Shown piece after piece: positions 38,818-47,701 of a stretch of 64,000 nucleotides of DNA (its first letter is position 1; each line of letters opens with the position of its first letter). Source of the DNA: an uncultured Dehalococcoidales bacterium (GTDB lineage: Bacteria > Chloroflexota > Dehalococcoidia > GIF9 > UBA5629); the NCBI GenBank assembly GCA_964554375.1, contig CAZKOL010000002.1, forward strand, positions 14,476 through 78,475, in the 5' to 3' direction. The translations under genes and the position numbers were made by a program. Under the pieces are notes generated by a model. The model saw only the letters and a program-made list of their open reading frames with translations. It was not told the origin of the DNA and did not search any database.

Positions 38818-39591
38818 CTACAGCAAATAGTAGACCTGCGGCCGGGTACCCAGTCCGTCCTTGCGACGCAGGTTGAATTGAGATGATATCAGCTTGTACA
38901 CTTCAGTGCCCGGTTTCAAGTATCCGAATGTCAGCGCGCCGCTGCTGCAAGCTTCAACGCAGGCAGGCTGCAGCCCTTCGGCCAGCCTTTCTTCGCAGAA
39001 ATTGCATTTTTCGACCACGCCTTTGGTGCGGGTTGGATAGCTATTCTCTATGGTCTTGATATAAGGGCGCGGATCGCGCCAGTTGAAGCTGCGGGAGCCG
39101 TAGGGACAGGCTGCCATGCAATAGCGGCAACCTATACAGCGATGGTAGTCCATCATGACAATTCCATCGTCCCGCTTCCATGTTGCCTGGGTGGGGCACA
39201 CCTTAACGCAGGGCGGATTGTCACAATGGTTACAAAGCACAAGCACCCTGCGGTCCTGCAGTGGTTCCGCCACCAAGCTGTCTTCCTGATCGGGGAAGGC
39301 CTGGTCGTAGCTGACGTCCCACAGCCACTTGATGTCCTCCTTGCGGTTGCCTATGTCCGGGACATTGTGCACCCGGTGGCAGGCAGCTATGCAGTCTGCG
39401 CAACCATCTGCGGACTTGCAGGCATTGAGGTTGACTGCCATGACAAGGCGCCCGTCGGAAGCCGGGCCGTTGAGAGCCCTGGCGGCGGAAGGCTTTGAGA
39501 TAAGGTCGAGGGCAGGTTTGGCAGCCAGGGCAAGCAGGCCGAGCGCTGTGAGTTTGAGGAAAGAACGGCGGTCGATATTCATATTGCTCAT
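38818..39591 (-). CDS. dsrO: DsrO periplasmic Fe-S protein with Tat signal
   Basis: DRRSFLK Tat motif; CNHCDNPPCVKVCP, CIGCRYCMAACP, CNFC. Confidence 0.92.
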   Translation of the reverse strand: MSNMNIDRRSFLKLTALGLLALAAKPALDLISKPSAARALNGPASDGRLVMAVNLNACKSADGCADCIAACHRVHNVPDIGNRKEDIKWLWDVSYDQAFPDQEDSLVAEPLQDRRVLVLCNHCDNPPCVKVCPTQATWKRDDGIVMMDYHRCIGCRYCMAACPYGSRSFNWRDPRPYIKTIENSYPTRTKGVVEKCNFCEERLAEGLQPACVEACSSGALTFGYLKPGTEVYKLISSQFNLRRKDGLGTRPQVYYLL

Positions 39592-39989
39592 TGCGTTCCC
39601 TGCAGCGGCGCATTCACCGGTGGCACATTATGACAGTCCCAGCAGTTTGGGGCTGTGCCCGTATAGTTATGGCAGCGGTCGCAGAAATCAGCCTTGCTGG
39701 GGTGGCATTTGAGGCAGGTTCCTGTGAGGTTGATATCGAATGTACGGTTATCGCTGGATATGTATAGACTATTGCCCTGCCTCACAGACTGGTCTCGCCA
39801 CTGCTGCACAAGCTGCATATGGTACTCCCTCATATATTGCGCCGATTCTACACACTGATTCTCGCTGGCCGGCAATACAGGATCTGGACGATAATCGGCT
39901 TTACCGCTGGCCGCCATGTACCAGACGGGGAAGCTGGCCAGGCAGAGGAAAATGGCCAGGCCGCCGATTATCTTGCCTTTATCATACAC
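39588..39989 (-). CDS. dsrJ: DsrJ triheme cytochrome c
   Basis: CV...MR..HM plus three CxxCH (CLKCH, CDRCH, CWDCH). Confidence 0.92.
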   Translation of the reverse strand: MYDKGKIIGGLAIFLCLASFPVWYMAASGKADYRPDPVLPASENQCVESAQYMREYHMQLVQQWRDQSVRQGNSLYISSDNRTFDINLTGTCLKCHPSKADFCDRCHNYTGTAPNCWDCHNVPPVNAPLQGTQ

Positions 39990-41616
39990 CGTGTTGCCCG
40001 CCTTCTGTAGGCGTATTTGCAGTCAGGGGCTCGCCTCTCAAGTCTGTCTCCCTCTTTTTCTCTCCTTGCATGACGAGGGCGTTGCCGAGCAGTTCATGCA
40101 CTCCCGCCGTCTCAACTCCAGGCGCCCAGTATTCCAGTAGAGGAGGGAATGAAGCCTTGTCGATAGCACAGATGCAGGCCAGCACGTTCACCCCATGCTT
40201 TTCCTGGACGTACTTCACAGCGTTGGCACGAGGGTAACCGCCGCGCAGCCGCACCTCCATATTCTCGTCGGGACCGAGTCCGGCCCCGCTTCCGCAGCAG
40301 AATGTGCGCTCCCTGATGGTGTTCTCAGGCATCTCATAGAAGTGGTTACATGTATTATTTATTATATAGCGGGGCTCCTCTAACAGTCCCATAGCCCTGG
40401 CCGGGTTGCAGGAATCGTGGTAGGTCACTTTCCATTTATCGTTCCGCCCGGGGTCGAGCTTGAGCTTGCCGCTGTGGATAAGGTCTGCCGTAAACTCGCA
40501 GATGTGTACCATTTTGGTCGACCTGGCGTTGTCAAATCTGGCGCCGGTTACAGGCGAGACCGGCTCCTCGAGAAATGAGGGAGGACCGTTGAAAGTGTCC
40601 ATAAACTGGTGGATAACGCGCCACATGTGCCCGCATTCGCCGCCCAGCACCCATTTAACCTTTAACCTCTCGGCTTCAGCGTATATTTTGGCGTTCAGGC
40701 TCTTTGCCAGTTCGGCCGAGTGGAAAAAACCGAAGTTCCCGCTCTCCGAGGCATAGGTGCTGAAAGTATAATCAAGTCCGATCTCGTGGAAGAGCATGAG
40801 GTAACCCATCAGCGTGTACCAGGCGGGGCTGGCAAAGAAATCGGCGGAAGGCGTGACAAAAAGGATCTCGGCGCCCTTCTTGTTGATGGGAACATCTACA
40901 TCAATACCTGTAATGGCCTTGATATCATCTTGCGCTGATTCCAGGCTCTGTTTCATAGCGTGCGGCGGAATGCCCAGGTGGTTGCCGGTGCGGAATGAGT
41001 TGGAAGCCGGGCTGACCACCCATTCGGAAGTGCAGCCCACCAGGTTCAGCAACTCGCGTCCCAGCATGGTGATCTCGCAGGTGTCAATGCCGTAGGGACA
41101 GAAGACGGAGCACCGCCTGCATTCCGAGCACTGGTAGAAGTAGTAATACCACTCCTTCACTACCTTCTCGTCCAGTGACCTGGCGCCGCCCAGCTTTCCC
41201 CAGAGCCTGCCTCCAACGGTAAAATACCGCCGATATACCGACCGCAGCAATTCAGCCCTCATCACCGGCATGTTCTTGGGATCACCGGATCCAATGAAAT
41301 AATGGCACTTGTCCGAGCAGGCGCCGCAACGCACACATATATCAAGATACAATTTCAAGGAACGGTATTTACCCAGGCGATCTTTCATACCTTCTAAAAT
41401 AATACGTTTGAAATCCGGCGGTAACTTCCAGTCAGCGTCCTGCGGGTTCCACCGGCGCGGGTTGGGCAGGTGTAAACTCTCCTGGCTCTTGAGAGGTGCG
41501 GCATAGCAGTAGGAACCTTTGGTAAACTCGACGGACGGGTCCATCCAGTCCCGATGGTGAGGATGGTAGTCGATGCCGGCCATCTCTTCAGGCCTGATTA
41601 TCTTATCTGCCATCAT
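39982..41616 (-). CDS. dsrK: DsrK (HdrD-like Fe-S/CCG subunit)
   Basis: CVRCGACSDKC, CSECRRCSVFCP, GECGH, YHDSCN, CCGSG, CAID. Confidence 0.94.
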   Translation of the reverse strand: MMADKIIRPEEMAGIDYHPHHRDWMDPSVEFTKGSYCYAAPLKSQESLHLPNPRRWNPQDADWKLPPDFKRIILEGMKDRLGKYRSLKLYLDICVRCGACSDKCHYFIGSGDPKNMPVMRAELLRSVYRRYFTVGGRLWGKLGGARSLDEKVVKEWYYYFYQCSECRRCSVFCPYGIDTCEITMLGRELLNLVGCTSEWVVSPASNSFRTGNHLGIPPHAMKQSLESAQDDIKAITGIDVDVPINKKGAEILFVTPSADFFASPAWYTLMGYLMLFHEIGLDYTFSTYASESGNFGFFHSAELAKSLNAKIYAEAERLKVKWVLGGECGHMWRVIHQFMDTFNGPPSFLEEPVSPVTGARFDNARSTKMVHICEFTADLIHSGKLKLDPGRNDKWKVTYHDSCNPARAMGLLEEPRYIINNTCNHFYEMPENTIRERTFCCGSGAGLGPDENMEVRLRGGYPRANAVKYVQEKHGVNVLACICAIDKASFPPLLEYWAPGVETAGVHELLGNALVMQGEKKRETDLRGEPLTANTPTEGGQHGV

Positions 41617-42623
41617 TGCTCCACAGGCGCATTATTCGTTTCAACGGGGATACCGGACTTAATCATGGGCTGCCTGAATTCGTCCTCGTATTCAGCATAG
41701 GTATGCACCCTGACAGGCCTGTTCCAGGGGTTTATATGCCTCACCCTGCGGCTGTCGTTCTTGAGGTTGCGGGTGGGACTGAGCAGTATGCCGGCAGCGT
41801 GCATCATCTTGCTGAAAGGGAAGTAGGCTATTAAAGTGCAGCCAAGCAGCAGGTGGATATAGAAAGGAAGGCCGATGCCGGCAGGTACCACAGGCCTGAA
41901 GGTGATTACACTTATAGCCAGTTCTTTGACTGCAACCAGATCGACCTTGAATACGGAGCGCATGAGGATGCCGGAGATCACCACCGCCAGTATAAGGGAC
42001 AGCGCCAGGTAGTCAGAGGCCAGAGAGATATACCTGACCTGTGCGGATACCAGTCGCCTGATAAACAGGTACGTTAGCGCAATAAGTATGATGAAATCCG
42101 TGATAAAAAGGGCCGGCAGGGCCAGCTGTAACACACCATCGATTGTAGAAATCAATATTGATGGCAGAAATACCGGCTCGGTGAAAAAGCGCAGGTGACG
42201 TATGAGGATTATGAGCAGTGACCAGTGGAAGGCCAGACCACCCAACCAGAGCCAGCGGCTGCCTCCGTAGATCAGCCTGTGCTCACCTGCCTGCTGCATG
42301 CTGCTATTGCGGAAGAGCGAACGGAATAAGAATATCTCCAGCAACATGCGCCATGCCACAGCCCAGTTATCAGCGGGGTTTTCGATTTTATCGCTTTTTA
42401 TCCAGTCGAGGGACAATTCCTGCCCGCACGTGGTCGGAATGTTGAACGGGACCGGCGATTGCGCCCAGCGTATCACCCGATATATGAACCCGCTAATGAA
42501 AGCTGCTATTGCGATGTAGGGAAGCACTACGGCGAAGATAAACTGCGATGAGGGAACGACAAAACTGATAGTCGCCAGTGAGACTACGGCGGCAACTGCA
42601 AACAGGGGCCAGACTATTTTCAT
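41613..42623 (-). CDS. dsrM: DsrM (NarI-like cytochrome b)
   Basis: PVPF.IPTTCGQ, FRSLFRN, FHW...RHLR, PFSK.MH, SPTRN. Confidence 0.94.
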   Translation of the reverse strand: MKIVWPLFAVAAVVSLATISFVVPSSQFIFAVVLPYIAIAAFISGFIYRVIRWAQSPVPFNIPTTCGQELSLDWIKSDKIENPADNWAVAWRMLLEIFLFRSLFRNSSMQQAGEHRLIYGGSRWLWLGGLAFHWSLLIILIRHLRFFTEPVFLPSILISTIDGVLQLALPALFITDFIILIALTYLFIRRLVSAQVRYISLASDYLALSLILAVVISGILMRSVFKVDLVAVKELAISVITFRPVVPAGIGLPFYIHLLLGCTLIAYFPFSKMMHAAGILLSPTRNLKNDSRRVRHINPWNRPVRVHTYAEYEDEFRQPMIKSGIPVETNNAPVEQ

Positions 42624-42630
42624 AACGCTT

Positions 42631-43134
42631 TCATACCTTGCGTATGCTCATTATCCTGGCCTTGAAATCATCGGCCTTTGCTGCTTCCTTAACCGAGAGA
42701 TCCCGGATTTGGCTCTTCATTTTTGTATAAAGCTCGGTTGAAGTATATGCAAGGAGGTCTATTTTTATTTCAAGCTCATTCAGTTCGTCCTGCAGCCCAT
42801 ATGTTATGGACCCGCCAATTACCTGGCCTCTTAAAACAGTTTTCAAGTCGAGCATAAACGCAACTGCCTGTGAGGGTGTGAAATCCTGCACCGCCCTTAT
42901 TCTAATAATTTTTTCCAGGCAGTTGTGCAATGTACCGGGGTCATCTCCCCTTATCAGCGCGTCCAGCAGTTGTCCGGCGCTGGTCGAAATAGCGTATCCT
43001 ACGGGGTTGCTGAACCTGTCGCCACCGCCCAGCAGGAAATTACCCCCTTCAGGCGTATAAGAATCAAATATTCCGCGAAGCCATATCTGTAATATGGCCT
43101 CTTTTTTCTGCAGCAGAAGATGTTCCAGGTTCAT
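42631..43134 (-). CDS. dsrT: DsrT (RsbRD-N-like)
   Basis: DRFSNPVGY and IRIRAVQDFTPSQAV motifs; directly before dsrM. Confidence 0.88.
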   Translation of the reverse strand: MNLEHLLLQKKEAILQIWLRGIFDSYTPEGGNFLLGGGDRFSNPVGYAISTSAGQLLDALIRGDDPGTLHNCLEKIIRIRAVQDFTPSQAVAFMLDLKTVLRGQVIGGSITYGLQDELNELEIKIDLLAYTSTELYTKMKSQIRDLSVKEAAKADDFKARIMSIRKV

Positions 43135-43232
43135 TTATAATTTTGCCTTTTTAAATAGTATTTCGAGTTCGTTTCCCTTAATAAGGCAGTATATTTTATT
43201 ATCGCTGCCGATACAAGGTTAGACCTGGACGA

Positions 43233-43997
43233 TCATGCCACTTCCTCAGCGATATCAGCCGTGATTCTCTCGCGCAGGGCTATAAATACATTGTCAGTCA
43301 GACGCCGCGGGTAGCTCAGGTTCACAGGATAAATGCTTTTTACTGCGCCGGGGCCGGATTTCATGACTACAACTCTTTCAGCAAGGTAAACTGCCTCTTC
43401 CACGCTGTGCGTGACGAAAACAATGGTTTTTCTGTCCACATTCCAGATGCCGAGCAGATCTTTCTGCATAAGGTAGCGTGTCTGAGCATCGAGGGAACCG
43501 AAAGGCTCGTCCATCAGCAGCACTTCCGGATCATTGGCCAGAGCCCGTGCGATAGCCACCCGCTGCTTCATACCGCCGGAAAGCTCGGACGGGTACTTGT
43601 GGCCGCTGCCTGAAAGTCCAACCAGTTCGATGCAGCGTTCGGCGGTCCGCAGGCGTTCTGCCAGAGGTACTTTTAGCACCTCCGGGCCGAATACCACGTT
43701 GCCCGTCACGTCCCTCCAGGGGAACAGCGCGAAATCCTGGAAGACCAGTCCTCTATCCGGACCAGGCGCTATCACCGGCTTCCCGTCGATGTAGATAGCC
43801 CCCGAGCTGGCATGTTCAAGGCCGGCAACGAGTTTAAGTAGTGTGGTCTTGCCGCAGCCGGAGGATCCTACCAGGCAAACGAATTCACCGTCGCCTATTG
43901 ACAGGTTGAAATCGCGCAGGGCTACGGTGGAGGCGCCGCCCCTTTTTTCCATGAAGGTCTTGCTGACGCCGTCGATGATAAGCTTCCGACCGCTCAT
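43233..43997 (-). CDS. NitT/TauT family ABC transporter ATP-binding protein
   Basis: GSSGCGKT, VFQDFALFPW, LSGGMKQR, MDEPFGSLD. Confidence 0.92.
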   Translation of the reverse strand: MSGRKLIIDGVSKTFMEKRGGASTVALRDFNLSIGDGEFVCLVGSSGCGKTTLLKLVAGLEHASSGAIYIDGKPVIAPGPDRGLVFQDFALFPWRDVTGNVVFGPEVLKVPLAERLRTAERCIELVGLSGSGHKYPSELSGGMKQRVAIARALANDPEVLLMDEPFGSLDAQTRYLMQKDLLGIWNVDRKTIVFVTHSVEEAVYLAERVVVMKSGPGAVKSIYPVNLSYPRRLTDNVFIALRERITADIAEEVA

Positions 43998-44722
43998 GCT
44001 GCCTTCCAGAAAAGAATTTTATCCTCGAGCTTTTTGAGGCCGATAAACATAAGGTAACCTGCGATGCCGATCATAAGCATGCCTGCCACGGTCTTGGATG
44101 CCTCCATAGTGGAGTAATAATACATTATCATGTAACCGAGGCCGGAGTTGGAGCCGGTCAATTCAGCCGCTACAAGGCACATCCATCCTATTCCGATGCC
44201 GATTCGCAGGCCCGCCATGATCGAAGGGGCAGCCGATGGTACGCCAACCTTAATCAGTATCTGCCAGGGGCCTGCGCCAAGTGTTTTGGCCACCTCTATC
44301 AGCTTGGGCGGAGTGTTCTCCATGCCAAGTACTGTATTGAGCAGGATGGGGAAAAAGGCGCCCAGCCAGATGAGAAAGACCGCCGGCTTAAAGCCAAGTC
44401 CAAACCATAGCATGGACAGGGGTATCCATGCCAGGGGCGGGATGGGGCGCAATATCTCAATGACGGGCTCAAGCAGGTCACGCGCATTTCGCCACCAGCC
44501 GATGATGATGCCGAGAAAAACACCGGTGACGGCCGCCAGGGCAAAACCGGCGAGCACCCTCCACAGGCTGATAAGTGTGTTGCCCATCAGCTCTCCCGCC
44601 CATGCCATCCCGGGCGGGCCGGGCGCGGCCAGCAGCTGACCCAGTGCGACGATGACGGAAACGGGAGTGGGGAAAAGCTGAGGCAGATTGGACAGGAGGG
44701 CTGCACCCTCCCAGATCAGCAA
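43994..44722 (-). CDS. NitT/TauT family ABC permease (SsuC/TauC-like)
   Basis: LRPIPPLAWIP, EVAKTLGA, LVAAEL...GLGY; start uncertain. Confidence 0.9.
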   Translation of the reverse strand: MLIWEGAALLSNLPQLFPTPVSVIVALGQLLAAPGPPGMAWAGELMGNTLISLWRVLAGFALAAVTGVFLGIIIGWWRNARDLLEPVIEILRPIPPLAWIPLSMLWFGLGFKPAVFLIWLGAFFPILLNTVLGMENTPPKLIEVAKTLGAGPWQILIKVGVPSAAPSIMAGLRIGIGIGWMCLVAAELTGSNSGLGYMIMYYYSTMEASKTVAGMLMIGIAGYLMFIGLKKLEDKILFWKAA

Positions 44723-44762
44723 AAAGAGGACGATCGAAATAAGCCGTAAAGGACGCGTGTCT

Positions 44763-45761
44763 TCACCTCTGGAGGTATTTGGTATCCACCACCGTATCGA
44801 CGAACGTGTCTAAATCCGGTACATCACTGGCTGTTATGATGGGCTTGATAGCCCCTTTTTCACCGAGGCTGATGATCTCACTGACGAACCTCTTAATATC
44901 GTCCCTGCTAAGAGAATAGGTGTACTTAACACGCCCGAAGGCGTTGTCAATGATGGCGGGATCCAGCCTGGTCCATTTGCCGGCGATGGCTTTGGCCTCG
45001 GCTGGATTAGCCTCTATAAAATCAATAGCCCTGCGGTGTGCGCGTATTACGGACGCAACGGTGCTCTCATGGGAACGGACGAAATCACCTCCGGTTACGA
45101 TCACGCAACAAGGATGACCGGGCCAGATGTCCTTTGATTCTACCAGTACTTTGCCGTACCCGCCCACCACGGACCTGGCCACAAAGGGCTCCCAGACAAA
45201 GTACCCGTTAATGCGTCCCGTCTGCAGAGACTGCGGCATGTCCGGGGGTTTGACCGTGCCGGGGAAAAGCTCGATGTCGTTATAACCTAAATTATTGCCT
45301 GCCAGCAGCATCCCGAACATCACATATTGGATAGATCCGGGTGCTGGGGTGGCTATCTTTTTCGATTTCAGTTCGGCAACGCTATTGATATCCATGCCGG
45401 TTACCAGGCCTGATCCTTCCAGGTTGACGCCTGATACGATGGAAAGCGGGATCTTGCGAGCCGCCGCCAGCATGGCCGGCGCCACACCGACATAGCCCAT
45501 ATCTATCTGGTTGGCTGCCAGCGCATCCATCTCTGCAGGACCGGCATCAAATGGTCCCACCACTTCCACATTCAGCCCCTCCTCAAGAAAAAAACCCCTG
45601 TCCTGCGCCACAAAAAACGGCAGATGGTGAAGGTCGCCCAGAAGGTAACCGATACGTACCGTCGAAGGCGCCATAGGTGCGCACCCTGACAGGCTGCCAA
45701 TCGAGGTGAACACCAGCGACGCCAGGATAAAACTTGTCAGAAGCTTAAATATAAGGTTCAT
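44763..45761 (-). CDS. NitT/TauT family substrate-binding lipoprotein (SsuA/TauA/NrtA-like)
   Basis: Lipobox LSGC, VRIGYL...HHLP, WEPF, WPGHPCC. Confidence 0.88.
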   Translation of the reverse strand: MNLIFKLLTSFILASLVFTSIGSLSGCAPMAPSTVRIGYLLGDLHHLPFFVAQDRGFFLEEGLNVEVVGPFDAGPAEMDALAANQIDMGYVGVAPAMLAAARKIPLSIVSGVNLEGSGLVTGMDINSVAELKSKKIATPAPGSIQYVMFGMLLAGNNLGYNDIELFPGTVKPPDMPQSLQTGRINGYFVWEPFVARSVVGGYGKVLVESKDIWPGHPCCVIVTGGDFVRSHESTVASVIRAHRRAIDFIEANPAEAKAIAGKWTRLDPAIIDNAFGRVKYTYSLSRDDIKRFVSEIISLGEKGAIKPIITASDVPDLDTFVDTVVDTKYLQR

Positions 45762-45811
45762 CTAATACCCCTGATTCAGCAAATTATACCAGCAACAAGG
45801 CGGTTGATTAA

Positions 45812-45836
45812 ATTATACAATATTTGTATAATTTGT
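45812..45836. promoter_or_regulatory. Palindromic element ATTATACA-N5-TGTATAAT(TTGT), copy 2
   Basis: In the ABC/larA-like divergent intergenic region; 24/25 identical to 26733-26757. Confidence 0.7.
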
Positions 45837-45960
45837 CTAATGCCAGATGTATGGATCAATTGGTTTGGTTTGGTGGTATTGCTGTGATATCATGAGGCCG
45901 CCTTTGAATCTGATCAGTAGATTAATCGCGATCTGTCTTAATCATTAAAGGAGGATACCG

Positions 45961-47415
45961 GTGAGTAATAAAATCATCCAGGCAGATTATTGGGACAGGA
46001 AGATAGATATCGAGGTGCCGGAAGAGACGGTGATCGGGGAGATCCCCAATCCTACGGTTCTGCAGGACCCAGAAAAAGCCATACGGGAGGCTATTGCAAA
46101 GCCCATCGGCGCTCCTCCCCTGGCCGAACTGGCCAAAAAGGCGCGCAACGGCAAAGTCACTATCGGTTTTGACGACCCTTCGCGGCCCGGGAAGCCAAGG
46201 CAGATGATCATCCCCATTCTCATAGAAGAGCTGCTTAAGGCCGGTGTACGGGAGGAAAACATATATCTGCTCTCCGGCAGCGGCAATCACTGCAAATGGA
46301 CCGCCCCGCAGTTAAGGGCTTACCTGGGCCCGGCCATCTATGACAGGTTTGCCCCGGCCGGCAGTGCCTCGAGGGTGCTAAACCATGATTGCCATGATCC
46401 GGAGAACCTTGTATATATGGGCACATCTTCCCTGGGCGATTATGTTGAGTATAACCGGGCGCTGGAAGATTCCGAGCTTTTTATTTATACGGGGACCGTT
46501 GTGGTTTCGAACTGGGGAGGCATGACGGGGACCGGCGTCATAATCGGTTTTCCCAGCACGCGCAGCATGACCTCAACACACGGTTTTCCGGTGGTTGGCC
46601 ATCCTGATTCCTGCCACGCAAATCAGCATACCATGATGTATCGTTCTCACAAGGAAGCAATCATGGCCCAGATTGAAAAATATACCGGAAAGCGCGTATT
46701 TTACGTGGATGTTGTCCCCAGCGCCGGGGGAGCCCCGGCGGGTGTATTCGCCGGTTATTCACCCGAGATTAACACGCCCACCTGGAAATTTGCCGAAAGT
46801 GTCTATCATATGGAGGTGCCCCAGGCTGATGTGCTTATTTACGGCGTGCCCCGCTACTCGCTGTACGGCGAGACCAGCAATCCACTGATAGCGCTCGCCG
46901 CAGCATGTGCCCCCGTACGCATGTGGGTCAACAAGCCCGTGTTGAGGGAGGGTGGAGTAGTCATAGCCCTGGCACACTGCGACGGGACCATAGACGAGAG
47001 GTCGCATCCTTCATATGCAGAAATACTCGACCTTTACCGGAACTGTTTTTCCATGCAGGAACTGTCTATTTACCAGGAGGAGTTTATGCACCGCGAGGAC
47101 CTCATCTTTAAATACAGGCACGCCTATGCATATGCGCCGGTGCACGGCTTCTGGCTGATGTATGAGAGTGAGTATGCGCTAAACCATGCCAATAAAATCA
47201 TCATGGCCGGCGTGCCGGGCATGGACAATCCCCTGGCGCAGGTGCAGGTCAGCGGTACCGGAGGGCCCGGCTCGGTGCGCGACGTCGGCTGCACGCCTGC
47301 CAGGAATTTCGCTGACGCAATGAAAATTGCCGAAAAATTCGTCGGTAAGAATCCCCGGGTCATGGCCTGTCCGTCTTTCTGGACCAGAGTCAGGCCCAGG
47401 TTTTACGTAAAGTAA
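45961..47415 (+). CDS. LarA-family (DUF2088) nickel-pincer-dependent enzyme, divergent
   Basis: AIAKPIGAPPL, DDPSRP, GNH, NHDC.D, VLREGGVVI..A.C; AAAGGAGG RBS; larBEC present in the window. Confidence 0.8.
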   Translation: MSNKIIQADYWDRKIDIEVPEETVIGEIPNPTVLQDPEKAIREAIAKPIGAPPLAELAKKARNGKVTIGFDDPSRPGKPRQMIIPILIEELLKAGVREENIYLLSGSGNHCKWTAPQLRAYLGPAIYDRFAPAGSASRVLNHDCHDPENLVYMGTSSLGDYVEYNRALEDSELFIYTGTVVVSNWGGMTGTGVIIGFPSTRSMTSTHGFPVVGHPDSCHANQHTMMYRSHKEAIMAQIEKYTGKRVFYVDVVPSAGGAPAGVFAGYSPEINTPTWKFAESVYHMEVPQADVLIYGVPRYSLYGETSNPLIALAAACAPVRMWVNKPVLREGGVVIALAHCDGTIDERSHPSYAEILDLYRNCFSMQELSIYQEEFMHREDLIFKYRHAYAYAPVHGFWLMYESEYALNHANKIIMAGVPGMDNPLAQVQVSGTGGPGSVRDVGCTPARNFADAMKIAEKFVGKNPRVMACPSFWTRVRPRFYVK

Positions 47416-47453
47416 AATAATTTCCAGTCATTATATTAATCAGGAGGCGTAAA

Positions 47454-47669
47454 ATGCGTCTACAATCTTATCAGGGCGAACTTAAGGACCACCTGCAATA
47501 CCTGGGAATCTGGGACAACCTGGTTGCCGGCAAGCTCAAATGCTTTGTCTGCAAAGTTAAGCTGAGCGCTGACAACTTCGGGCTGGCTTTCCGCAATTTC
47601 GAGAAGATAGAGACAACCTGTAACAGGCTTGACTGTATACGTACGGTTACGCACGTATTAAAAGACTGA
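47454..47669 (+). CDS. Small hypothetical protein with CxxC...Cx4C
   Basis: AGGAGG RBS; CFVC and CNRLDC; in-operon position. Confidence 0.65.
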   Translation: MRLQSYQGELKDHLQYLGIWDNLVAGKLKCFVCKVKLSADNFGLAFRNFEKIETTCNRLDCIRTVTHVLKD

Positions 47670-47701
47670 GCCTTAATAAATTAGGATGCAGGAGAGATAG
47701 A

